Position numbers and translations under genes: made by a program. A stretch of DNA of 64,000 nucleotides from Phoronis australis (Eukaryota; Animalia; Phoronida), in contig NMRA01000290.1 of NCBI GenBank assembly GCA_002633005.1, forward strand, positions 60,676-124,675, read 5' to 3'. Below are positions 1 to 11,590 of the stretch, in pieces. The notes beneath the pieces are model-generated. The model made no database searches, was not told the origin of the DNA, and saw only the letters and a program-made list of their open reading frames with translations. The stretch's first letter is position 1. Every line of letters starts with the position of its first letter.

Positions 1-1627
1 GTCGTAACCTTACGCACATGATATTACGCTACAATATCTTGACCATAGATCAGTATTTTGTCCGGAGTAGTTACCTGCTTCATGGGAAGCGGATTGTTCT
101 TTTCGCTCTCGAGTTCTCTATGGGATGCTCGCCTTGGTCTCTAAGTCGAGATAGACTATTCTTTCAACTAGTTAATATACCAGTCATCATTGGAACCATC
201 TGTGATTGTATGGTCGGCAGAGACTTCACACAAGAGGTTTTATTTCTCATTTTTGTCACCGATATGTTGCGATTTTCCTCATTTAATTCACGTGAATTGT
301 TTACTTACGTAAACGAAAGGTGGAATGAGACGTATATCAGATGAATGTGAAAGGGACACTGCGGTGCACTTGTTTTTATCTAGTTGCGCTGTTTTGTTAA
401 TAGATTACGACAGAAATAAACAATAATCAATGGGTCTGCCCTTAATAATAGGAGGGGGAGCGTGGATAATCTTGCACGGGTTGTTGTCTCGAAAAAGTCG
501 GAGTAGTACAGGTCGACTCTATCGATCACATACCTTCTGAATGCGTCTTATCATGCGTCCGTTTGCAGCTTTTTCGGAGTTGCTGTGTTGTGTTGGCATT
601 GTCGCGAAAGAGTCTTCCGCTCGTTTTCTTTAACGTTTCTCTGTCCTTCTCTGATGCGCAGAGGAGCCTACTACTACGATTTTGGCGTAGTTTCTACCCT
701 TTTGTTGCTTTCACTACGCCACTACGATCAGGGTCAAGATTCTACGTTTTCGCGCTCAGGAGTAAATAAACTAAGACATGAAATTATGTTGTTTTTTTAT
801 CGTTCTGTGATACATACGCCATAAGCAAACCAAAACTGAGTTACAAATGTCAAAACATGCTGCTATTTTTTTGTCTTAATTATAAGTTCGTCCGATTCAG
901 TGTCTACTTGTGATTCGAGTTCCACTACGACGGCGATCGGCTTCGTCGGAAGGCGGTACCCAGGCGGAGACTGTTGGTAACTAATTCGTCCCTTGGCATC
1001 TAGCTCAGTGTTTTAAGATATTTTACGTTTGTACTGACACGTCGCTCGGCAACATTCCTTTTCTTTTACAATTAAGAAATACTTAATAGAAAACGCCTTG
1101 TTCGGATGTACGAACGCAAAATCGAACCTTGACTGCTTTTGCGTAGTGCCCGGTCTTTGATTGACAGGTTGTGAGGTCACATGACAGATTAAAGAAAAAT
1201 AGGTCACCTGACTTATTCGAACAATAACACTTAATTGAAAATTATATCACGCTAAACTCTACCGACAACGTTCTTAATAGTTATTTTTCTTGACATCAAG
1301 AACCCAAAAGGTTACATGAGCGGCGATTTTTATCTTACGGAGCAGCCATCGTGACTTCGTCCAAGAAATTACATTCTTAATACGAACAGCTGATTGCGAG
1401 TGAGTCCAGGATTGCAGGTGACAAAAATGAAGCGTTTTTACTGGTTGATATTTATTTGTCTGGGAGCGCGTGCGCCCGTCACGTATTTTCATTATCGTCT
1501 GATCTTGTCTTAGCGATCGAACTCACCGTCCGAGTCGAACAGTGAACAGACGGCAAAAAAGAAAGCTTGGGCTAGCCAACATACATTCGAGTCATGTCCC
1601 CGGGCAGACAAGGCATCCGTGCATCAA

Positions 1628-2116
1628 CCCTTACAAAAATGAACTTAAGTTTTTCCCTGAAAACTTAAGTTTTTGGCGAAAAAAAATTAAGTTTTTGGAA
1701 AATAACTAAGTTTTAGGGGAAAAACTTAAGTTCTTCCGAAAAACTTAAGTTTTTAAAAGAAACTTAAGTTTTTAAAACTTAATTTTTTTGCCAAAAACTT
1801 AAGTTTTTCAGCGCAATGTTAAGTTTTTCAGAGAACTTAAGTTTTTCAGAAAACTTAAGCTTTTTCAGGTGTAAAACTTAAGTTTTCACAAATAAACCTA
1901 AGTTTCAAGTAATAACTTAAGTTTTCATAAAAACTTAATTTTTTTGTACTAAGAAAACTTAAGTTTTTAGATTTTAAGTTTTTAAAAAACTTAAGTTATG
2001 AAAAACTCGTTCCAAAATACTTAAGTTCGTTCCAAAAAACTTGTTCCAAAATACTTAAGTTTTCGCCAAAAACTTAAGTTTTCGTGAATGAAAGCTTAAG
2101 TTCATTTTTGTAAGGG
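1628..2116. mobile_element. Foldback/MITE-like element with perfect 22-bp terminal inverted repeats and an internal array of the palindromic AAAACTTAAGTTTT motif
   Basis: CCCTTACAAAAATGAACTTAAG at 1628-1649 is the exact reverse complement of CTTAAGTTCATTTTTGTAAGGG at 2095-2116. The interior has about 20 degenerate AAACTTAAGTTTT units. No convincing target-site duplication (TSD). Confidence 0.8.
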
Positions 2117-2320
2117 GAAGCACGGTGATTGTTTCTACGCGATGTTATTTATTTAGATTAATTTGCTGTCGATATGAAATGTGCAGTGTGAGTACGGGCG
2201 GTCTGTTAGTTGTTATACATTTGTCCATTTCTATTCAACGCGACCCTTATGAACACGCACAAAGCCTCAGGTGTTCATTTCCACACAGATTTCTTGTTGG
2301 ATTCACGTTGCTTCTACGTC

Positions 2321-3010
2321 ATGAACAACACCATTCGCAAAATCGAAATTTGCCGTTTTGAAAGAAGTTGTCAAGAAAGCAAAGTTCTTTGTGAGCTTAA
2401 CCAATATCGGCTAGAAGAAGTTTACTTGCACAAGTTTGTCCGAGCTGTGTGGAAGCATCCCGTAACATGGCTATACGTTGGACTAGTGTATATTTTGTCA
2501 CTCCTCCAGCTCGGATGGCCACACGGAATAGCATTGACGCTAGGATTCGCAATTTTGATAACTGTTCGTAGTTTATTAGTTAGTATGAGCTATCTCCGCA
2601 GGAAAAAACATGGCCTGTATCTACTGGATACGTTGAATCGCGACACCACTGCATGTTGGATAGCGCGAAGTGGGAAAAATATAGTGGGCTATGTCGTTTT
2701 AGAGGAGGAATACGCCCATATGCCAGGATGGTCGCGACTTTGCTGCATCGGCGTTTTGAAAGAGTTCCAAAGACAAGGAATCGGGCAAAGATTGATCGCA
2801 AATGCTCTTAAGCATGTCGATCAGATAGGATCTTTAGGAACTGGGCTGGAAGTTATTACTTTCAACAACGATGCAAGACGATTGTTCGCAAAGATGGGGT
2901 TCCAATTTTTCAGGGATTGTTCTTGCCCATCTTCAGTCTTGCCGTTCGGAATACAGTTTAAATTTCAAATTTACAAAAGAACTGGTCAATCGATCAAAAC
3001 ACCAATATAA
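2321..3010 (+). CDS. GNAT N-acetyltransferase of the NAT8/camello type, single coding exon, about 229 aa (alternative ATG at 2249)
   Basis: Hydrophobic double segment (WLYVGLVYILSLLQLG..IALTLGFAILITV), then GNAT strands (CWIARSGKNIVGYVVL), acetyl-CoA motif A (VLKEFQRQGIGQRLI) and motif B (NNDARRLFAKMGF). This is the NAT8/NAT8L/Cml layout. Confidence 0.8.
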   Translation: MNNTIRKIEICRFERSCQESKVLCELNQYRLEEVYLHKFVRAVWKHPVTWLYVGLVYILSLLQLGWPHGIALTLGFAILITVRSLLVSMSYLRRKKHGLYLLDTLNRDTTACWIARSGKNIVGYVVLEEEYAHMPGWSRLCCIGVLKEFQRQGIGQRLIANALKHVDQIGSLGTGLEVITFNNDARRLFAKMGFQFFRDCSCPSSVLPFGIQFKFQIYKRTGQSIKTPI

Positions 3011-3736
3011 GGTCTTCCACAGAGAAAAGACACCACGTTGTTGCGGGAGCCCTCTGTGGTCAGAATTATCGAATTCTTCATTTTTCGCTATTGTGACCAC
3101 CGACTCTTTGAACCAATATATCGACAACCGATAAACTACAAAAAAGATATCCAACATTCCAAACCGAGGCACGAGGGACAAAGGAGAAATCTATCACTGA
3201 GTAATCCGTGACGACCCTATTCCAGAAATCACTTTGTCGAGGTCAATGTTACGGTGATTGGGTATTACTAATAAAAAATCATCACAAAAGGTGTGTTTGG
3301 CTTAACAAATCCCTGGATATATTATTCTGGATGTATTACTGCCGGACTATCCAATAATCCAACCAGTTCTTAAAGCTGTTTAGCTGGCTAAAAACGATAG
3401 CTGAGCCTTTAATTCTCACAAAGTTTGTCTCATAATATTCCTTATACTATACTAGGATTCTATTCCCGTTACTAACAATAGTATTGAAATCATCAGCGAC
3501 CCAAGAAAACGGTTCAGCGTGTCATTGGGATGCTGAGTTACATGGACGCTTTCGATTCGAGAAAGTGCAGGGACTATTTGACACATAAACAATGGGTGTT
3601 GTTTTGTAACAAATGATATGTTCATTGTCAAAATCAATCGCGTACTGAGTAGCCACCGAGTGTCGGTAGATGGCACTTTCGTGTGTTTTATAATAGGTAT
3701 AAGTAGAATCAACTTACTCAGAGACTAAAATTTGTG

Positions 3737-3782
3737 AGTTCGTACGTTTCGGACTGCTGTCTACAGTCGTTTGTCAACGACT
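3737..3782 (-). ncRNA. Degenerate minimal type-I hammerhead-like motif of the kind found in Penelope-like retroelement ends
   Basis: Minus strand reads agtcg-TTGACAAA-c-gactg-tagacag-cagtc-c-GAAACGTA-cgaact: variant core, 5-bp stem II, palindromic ACGT stem III and a short tcg/cga stem I. Confidence 0.4.
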
Positions 3783-4094
3783 AATGTTTTATAATCGTTT
3801 ATGAGCTGACGGACTCTATGTTGTCAAGCCAACTTAAAACTCAGGAACTCCCTACAATCAATCATGCAGCTATACACCATCACTGCGGTCAAGTACGGTG
3901 TTTTACACGTCAATTGAGAAAGCCTTGTACATTCATTTCACTCAATAACAATATCATATCAACAAGACTACAGCTCTCTCCATGACTCCCGCCATACTGA
4001 TACAGAAGTTTGCGCGGAGATCCCTAATTTCTATTTTCCCTCCGTCGATGACTGCCTAGACTACAGATACTTGGTGTCTTCTTTGACTCTGCGA

Positions 4095-4140
4095 GGCAGC
4101 ACTGAAGATGGTTTAAGTTCTAACCGAAACATCACTTAGA
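4095..4140 (+). ncRNA. Second degenerate Penelope-type hammerhead relic
   Basis: CTGAAGA-t-ggtt-taagttct-aacc-GAAAC-atc. Core and stem II are intact; stem III differs from GAAACGTC and stem I is not evident. Confidence 0.3.
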
Positions 4141-7100
4141 ACATATTTATGAAAACATATTCACCACCACCTTCCATTTAGCTTACAAAGACCAGCGTGG
4201 TCAGAACGTTGCATTTAAAATATTGTAGGAAGTAATTAAGTTTACACGTTGTACCAGTCAAGACAAGGTTCAAGAAAAACTTTTGGTTTTGGTGTTTCGT
4301 TTACTTCACTTTTCTATTGTTGCATTTACACTTGCAGAGGATCTTGGAACAATGATAAAGACTGACAAATCTCCAAGATAATCAAGAATTTTCATTTCGG
4401 GAAAAGTTGAATAAGAACAGTTACCTTCACTCTCGTCGTAACCCAGTCGAATGCAACAGGAACATGTTAGCTGGTGGTGCCATTCGCAAATTTGTCTGCC
4501 TCCTGAAATGTGACTGAAGGCGAAGCCAGGAATTTGGTCTCACGTTTTATTCAACTATTTCAGAAAAAATAATTAAATCTCACTTAACCAAAAGAGCGGT
4601 CTCTCAGAGTGTACACTTAACTGCTAGTTACGGATATAATTTCTATGAATCATTCCTAGACTTTAAGGCGCGCGTATAATTACAGGGCTAAACGTTTTTA
4701 ATGCAATTGTGCAAGTGGGAGTGAAAGACCAAATTTCTGTCTTAAGTCTTAAAGTCACTTTCACGAGACTTCAGGGGTTTTCAGGTAATATCCGAATTGT
4801 TACCATACACTGAAGAACGCCCTCACTTACCGTTCGGACCTATGCCCCTTATGCTATGAAAACGTCTAAATTGACCAAGTTACAAATTGACCCACACAAA
4901 GATAACCCGACACATTCCATGGATATGTTTTTTAATCCACTTACAGTCACTTGCGTCACGATTTAAATTTTTGCTTTTCTAAATAGTCACAAAACCGACT
5001 TTCATGAAAAATTGACTGCCCGACATTAGTTTTTTCAAGCGATCCACCCCACTACTCAATAGGACAGAACAGCCGACTATCTTATAAAGGATTGACGGCA
5101 TAAACGCGAGGCAGTTGTCCGCAAGTCTAAGAGGACTCCCTAGGTGACAGTAAAGTGTTAGGAAGTCGAGAGATCACCGAGAGAAATGTTATAGACTTGA
5201 AAAGTTATATAGCTTAAAAACGCAATCTATGACTATAGTTCGTGAGAAGAAAACAAGGCAAATCGATACATGTGTGAAACTGTATCATTTCTTTTTATCT
5301 CGCGAAAGTTTGATAAATCAAGACGACGAGTAAACACCTTAAAATCCTTATTCAAAAATGTGTAATGTCTATTGTCACAAATTTTCTTAATGAAGTGTAT
5401 GAGTAGCTAAACCTTACTAACATGGCTTAAGGTTTCTAGTGTAGCCGACGACGACTACTCGACATCAACTCAGCGAATGTCATAGCTTAGCACGGTTTAC
5501 TATTCAATCAACGGAAAATTGACAGGGTGAACGTTTGTATGCATTAATATATTTTACAAAAACAAAGGCATAGATTTAAGATGGGGCTTTATACATGACA
5601 GTTATTAAAATCCAATTTGTGTTAATACATCTAATTACAAATTGTTGATTTACTTACCTATCACTAACAAACAGTGCAGTGTTTACGTAGATTCAGGTGA
5701 CTTTTCGTTTGGCTCTTGCATGTGAAAATTTAATATCAATGCAACAATCTGCGCCTGTCGGTCGTTGTGGCGATTAAGCCCATGCTTGGCGTGACGCTCA
5801 TCCCCTGATTTTTGAGTTTCAAGAGACCTGGGGGTTAACCGAGACGAGTAGTATTGCCAAAAAATTATAAAACATTACAACACAGGCGAAGAGGTAAACC
5901 GCAAACGGGAAATAATATTTTTTTCTTTCTGAAGACCGCTGGGCGCAGAGATCGCTACATTCAATTTCATTACAGGGTTTCTACTCATGGTTTGTGGTAT
6001 AGAATTCTCTTTAGAAAAGTTTCGCTTTCCTTGGACCTCCCACAATATAAACTCAGTATTGCTGCTTTGCTGGGGGTAAAAAAATACTGAGAAATCATAA
6101 AAACAATACTGTAAAAGCAGATCCGTGATAAGCCAAGGTCGTAGTCAGAAGCGGATATACTCTTTACTTTTGTCAGGGACCATGTACTTAATATTTTTTT
6201 TTCCATGAATCGTCTACAAGCCCTTGAAGTAGGGCATTCTACCGTACTTTCAAAGATCTGAACATATTTGACATGCGCAGCTTTCAGAGTAAATATATTC
6301 AAAGTTTTAAATTCGAACAGACCCTTTTAATGTTTTGCAAAGCTCTCGGATATCTGTGTTTATATTTTGTTCATAAATGCATGGTAGGTGTTTATGTTTA
6401 ATAATGATAACAATAACAACAACCACAACATCATCACCAACAACAACTAGAAAAATTTCCAACAATTCTTCAAGCCTTAGAACGTAGAAAAGAATTACTG
6501 TAAAAATTACCGTATAATTAGTCTTCTGTTAGTATTTTGTTGCTTTTGTTTTCAAGGTGACTTGTAAGCCCTTATGTGACTGTAGATGTCAGTTTTCGTT
6601 GCGGTGTGTTTGTACAATGTTCAAATAGCTGTAGACTCTCTACCTAGGTCACTATAATAAAATGGATACTATCATGTTAAGGGCTGCCTCGTGCACGTGA
6701 CAATGGCCCCAATTGCCGCTCTGCTTTTGTTTTTGAAACATTACATCCTTTTATACTAGACCCACCTCCCGATCATGACACCAACTGCCGCTCATTTATT
6801 GTTTCGTTTTTTTTTACATTTATACTTTGGTCTTAATGGGGTCTGCTCTCAGATGGTATACCAATGACTGAACAAACCGAGGTTTTGTGAAGCTATAGAT
6901 TTTATGTTAAAGGGACCCCTTTTGGGGTATGCGCCCGATGATGAAATCCATCATTACTCTTTCCACTAATAATGTTGACCTTTTCATGTGAAGCGGGCCC
7001 GTTCTCGGAGCAGGTCCTGGCTTTGCTATTCCTATTGCGGAATTACACATCTTCTTCTGCAGGCGCCCCGAATATGGAATCAACTGCCACTATTTCTTGT

Positions 7101-9319
7101 TTTTAAGGGTCCCGTCTCGAAGAGGTGGGGGCTCTTGGAGGGTTTTCGTGGCATTTTCCCCCCATTTTTCCTCCTATAAATCCAACGCTCAAACTTGGTG
7201 TAGAGGAGGGGATGTGATAACTTTACCTCATTTTCGTGAGAGGACGCATCCGCTGCTTCAGATAGTCATTACGTGTCGGACAAAACAAAATTTATGAGAA
7301 ATACAAAAAGTTAACCCCCGTTTATATGCAGCACTTTCAGACTCGTACGTAAATATATACCATATTCAAAGCTACATCCGAGTGTTGTAAAATTACAACG
7401 CGTTCGTGTGGAAGAAAAGAAAAAACAATATTTGCGCTCAGTACTCTATACATTCTACAACAAACTCGACATGAGCTGCGATGATTGTTCTTGAACACTT
7501 TATTAAATCTAGGCAGCTCTGAGGCTCTGGTATCGATCACCAAGTTTCATTGCTTTTGGAACTAAGTCGCAAACGTAAAGTATGAATGTTTTAAGAAAGA
7601 TCGATGGGCTGGTGGCAAAACACATTTGATAATGAAGAAAACAAAGACCAACGGTGGCTTGAAAATTGTGAAGTGGCAGATGCCCTTGTATAAGGCCGGC
7701 CTACACAGTTTCCTCTAACGTATTACATACAAATAAAACAATCCACCGTTGGAACCAAGTCGTAATGAATAAGTCCAGGATTTGATAACCGCATTGTTGG
7801 TAAATTGGCGGAGTCCCGACGCGTTTTCCTGTTCTCATGGACGTAAAATTAACACAGTCATAACCGATTACTTGATAAGTCATGCTGCGCAAAATTTCGA
7901 CAAGGCCATCACTTGAATGATAAGTTTGGGATTTCCCAATTGCGGCGGTGTAGTAGTGGTATTGGTGAAAGTCGCATATCGTCCGAAATATTTTCCCGGT
8001 TTTTGTTTCAACAACATGGTTACTCGTCTGTTTTTGTGTGTGTCTTTACTGGTACTGATTACGTCATTACTGATGTAAGAACAAGATGGCTTGTACGGTC
8101 GCGTTTATGACGTGTTGGCTTTTGGAAATTCAGCCTTCAAAGTGGACAGCGAACTTTTTGAAGTGAACCGAAAAGCTGATTTTTCCTGATGAAGTTACAG
8201 GTATGCTTATTGAGATGGTGCCTACCGAGTGAAACCGTGGTAATAAAAAGCTGTCGGTGCCGTCCATTTCAATAAAATAAGGCATACCAAACCACACACA
8301 ACAGAGGATCTTTAGGACATTTTATGGAAAGTGGTGTTGCTTTAAGAAGAGAAAAGACCACAGAAAAAAATGTAATGGCATTCTTGGCGGAGTGATCTTG
8401 CTTTTTCACCCTCGCATGAATTTAAATCTCGTTCACATGCTCCAGGTGTGCATTTGGCTCTGGAGGTGGAGTTATTATGCACTATAGTGTAGCTTTACAC
8501 CTGGTTGTATTTGCGTTCACATGGCAGAAATACACATCGTACGTAAATATAAACTGAAGTGTAAATATAAAGTCGGATGTAAACGCTATCATACAGTATA
8601 AGCGAGGCTTTACAGTAGTTTTAGCACTCTTCTGGGTTATGCAACGAAATACACGCAGATCTGACCTATACGTTAATAGCTCGAGTTTTAGTCCAACACT
8701 GTCACCTACTTGTGCTGTATGTAGCAATTTACAGATTAAAACAAAGTTCACAGTCTGGTGCCCATAACATGTCAACACTATTGATCAAGTTTCAGCTGCT
8801 GGTACCCATACAATTCTCGTTAGTGGATGAGAGAAATATCCAGATTCTCTGATGAGTCAAGTTCGCACACAATGCATACCTTTGTCGACCGCATTTCTCA
8901 AACGCCTGGAAAATGCACAAAAAGGTTGGTTAAATTTGATTTTTGAAACACGACGATTGGTTATTTTAAGTAGCGTCTTTCACATGCTGTATATATTTCA
9001 TGTACAAATAAAACTGTCATTCCGAAATTGGAGATTTACATTTTTATTACTTCTTTGTTTAAAAGGTACCTATGCTGTGAGATTGTGCGTGGATGGATAG
9101 AGAATTATTAAATCCAGAAATTAATTTATTATATGATAACCACTAATTAAATCCAGTGAAACACGTTTTTATATAAGTAGACTAAGAAAGAAGAAGAGTA
9201 ACTACACTGGCGCCCTCAATAGGGATAACTTCAATCAGTAGGACTCGATTGTTATTGGATGACAGTCCTGTTGGTGAATCTTCGAACTAACACACATTGC
9301 ACTGCGACAGTGTATTTGC

Positions 9320-9500
9320 TGGTCCTTCGCGACGCATCACTTGCAGGCAGTATCTTCTACCCACGATTCCTCTTGCTGGTCACTGTTCCTCGTGACACAA
9401 CACTTGCAGGCAATGTCTTCTACACACGATTCATTTTGCCTGTCACATTTCCTCGTGACGCAACACTTGCAGGCAGTATCTTACTACCCACGATGCAAGT
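9320..9500 (+). repeat. 63-bp minisatellite, about 3 units (also at about 15240-15410)
   Basis: CG(C/T)GAC(A/G)CA(A/T)CACTTGCAGGCA recurs at 9328, 9391 and 9454. Confidence 0.8.
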
Positions 9501-9528
9501 GACAAGCTTTTAGTTAACTTCCTGCTCG

Positions 9529-9864
9529 TTAAGGGGGCACACTACAGTTCAAGTACTACAGGGTTTTGGCTGCCGACACACACCCAAGTGGACTCTTTAT
9601 ATCACGTCCTTATCGAGAATCTAAAATAACAAGATTTTTTGCCGTTCCCAACTCAAAAGCACTACTCATGATAACTGAAACTTAATTCCGCTACAGATTT
9701 TTAATCGGCTAATTCCCTATCGGGAAAAATGCCGGCAAACAAAAATAGGACCAAAAAACACCAAATTTGACAGTTTTCTCCCCATATTTACTACTTCCCT
9801 GCAAGTGCTGGAAAATGATCGTTCTCTCTAGATTCTAAAAATGTGGTCATAGTACGCCCCTTAC
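9529..9864. mobile_element. Putative small Kolobok-like non-autonomous element (also at about 15448-15771)
   Basis: ttaa|GGGGGCACACTA ... TAGTACGCCCC|ttac: short imperfect TIR with TTAA-like flanks. Confidence 0.35.
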
Positions 9865-10869
9865 CAGCTACTTTTTTCGCAATTTGGATCTGTCTGACAG
9901 CCACCTGAAATCACACCCGTTTTCTCAGTCAGTAGGCGACGGGTTAAAAGCAAGCGACAGCCACCATTTTGCACGGAAAGTGGGTCACGGCTAAAACTGA
10001 AATACTTGGCTTTTCTCAGTCAAAGACACAAGTAAATCAGTTTCCTGGCAATTTTTTTCAACAAATTCCTCAAACTTGACACACGCCCTGTGTTTATTCT
10101 AGGCCATGAGAAAATGCCCTGTGGCTACAGCCTAACTGTTCAGTGCCACCAAACCCTTGCCCTTGCCACTAACAAGATCATCTTTAGAATCTTCCACGAG
10201 ATGGCTCTGTTGTACAATTTCTTCTGTACACTGTATCAATTCTCCTCGCTTCGACTACTAAATCTCATGTGAGTATTCTGCAATCCTCAGCCCAAATTAT
10301 TATTATGTAGTTACTTAACGATTGGCTGTTACGATTTGCTCTCAGAAATTTCTAAAATCTTTAGAGTGCATTGATCCCAGAAACAAAGCAGCAAACATCA
10401 TCTAAAAATAGATCTTGATGTCAAAAATGCGTGTAAACAAGTTTGACCCCATGGTTTAAAAGTACATATGCACAAATTTTGGGTAACTTAAATGGAACCA
10501 TCTGTACTAATTATTTAATCAATATTTATTCTGACAATCTGGCTCTCGAGACTATTGCACGTGAGCATGTGCACGTGAGCATGTGTATGTGAGAATTTCA
10601 TAATTTATTTCGGTCTAACGGCGCTTCGGATCAATAATCCATCAGACCTAAGGACAGGCCTTTAGACTATCGATCTTACCCCCAACTATGTCTTGCTTTT
10701 TGTGTGCGCTGAAAGGTTCATCACGATAAAGTGCATAGAATCACCAATTTCATATCAAAACACAGGCAATAAACAACCCATCAGTTTACCAGCTGTCAAC
10801 GCAAATACAACCTGACTATATGTTAGCTGATCTCGAGTTGCGAACATTTGTTGGTCGTCACGTATACAA

Positions 10870-11145
10870 CCGGGCGTGCGTTCAGTAGACGCTAGGACCT
10901 ACGCTAGGACCTACGCTAGGACCTACGCTAGGACCTACGCTAGGACCTACGCTAGGACCTACGCCGCTAGGACCTACGCGGCTAGGACCTACGCTAGGAC
11001 CTACGCGGCTAGGACCTACGCTTGGACCTAGCTAAAACCTAGTCAAAGTCACGTGTTCTCATTCAAAATGCACGGCAATATCTCACGTAATCTCGCGAAG
11101 TCTTGCTTTTTAGCGAGGTCCTAGCGTTACTGAACAGGAGGCCGG
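10870..11145. mobile_element. MITE with an internal 12-bp GCTAGGACCTAC array (11 units)
   Basis: TIR CCGG..GTTCAGTAGACGCTAGGACCT / AGGTCCTAGCGTTACTGAAC..CCGG, flanked by ACAA on both sides (10866-10869 and 11146-11149). Confidence 0.65.
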
Positions 11146-11526
11146 ACAACCAATCACAGCATTAGTCATCCTCCATTTTCGTTTGTGTGAAAAATCGTCA
11201 GATGTCGCTGCTTGTTTTCCCGTGGTTTATGCTAGCAGAGACCGTCTAGAGGGAGACGTTTCACCTAGCGAAATCCTATTGGACGGCCACTGGCGGCCAT
11301 TGTTGTTCCATGGACCGTAGAGACGTCTAGCGGGTGTGTGTGGGAAAAAAGGAATATGGCTGATACTCGTGGTCAGCGGTCGCAGAGACAAGATATTTTA
11401 TCTGATCATGTAGTTCATATAGATTTCCCATAGTTAATACCTCTGAGGGTAGTGCTGTGTCAAGTAACTACAAAACAAGATATGCCGGCTGCAGTCCCTA
11501 AAAAGAGGATCAGAGGAGCTTTTTGC

Positions 11527-11590
11527 NNNNNNNNNNNNNNNNNNNNNNNNNNNNNNNNNNNNNNNNNNNNNNNNNNNNNNNNNNNNNNNN
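11527..11590. other. Assembly gap (64 N)
   Basis: Run of N. Single-n joins also occur at 23163, 34420, 45991 and 48712. Confidence 0.99.

Larger units (their letters stand above)
5663..11234 (+). repeat. Copy 1 of an approximately 5.6-kb near-identical duplicated block (probable allelic haplotig)
   Basis: Colinear with 11591-17146 from ACTAACAAACAGTGCAG to GTGGTTTATGCTA, differing by SNPs and small indels. The two copies are separated by the N gap. Confidence 0.9.

Noticed and set aside
8180-8270. Hammerhead-like CTGATGA...GAAA (also near 14080)
   Set aside because: Stem II does not close properly and there is no NUH cleavage triplet; probably chance.
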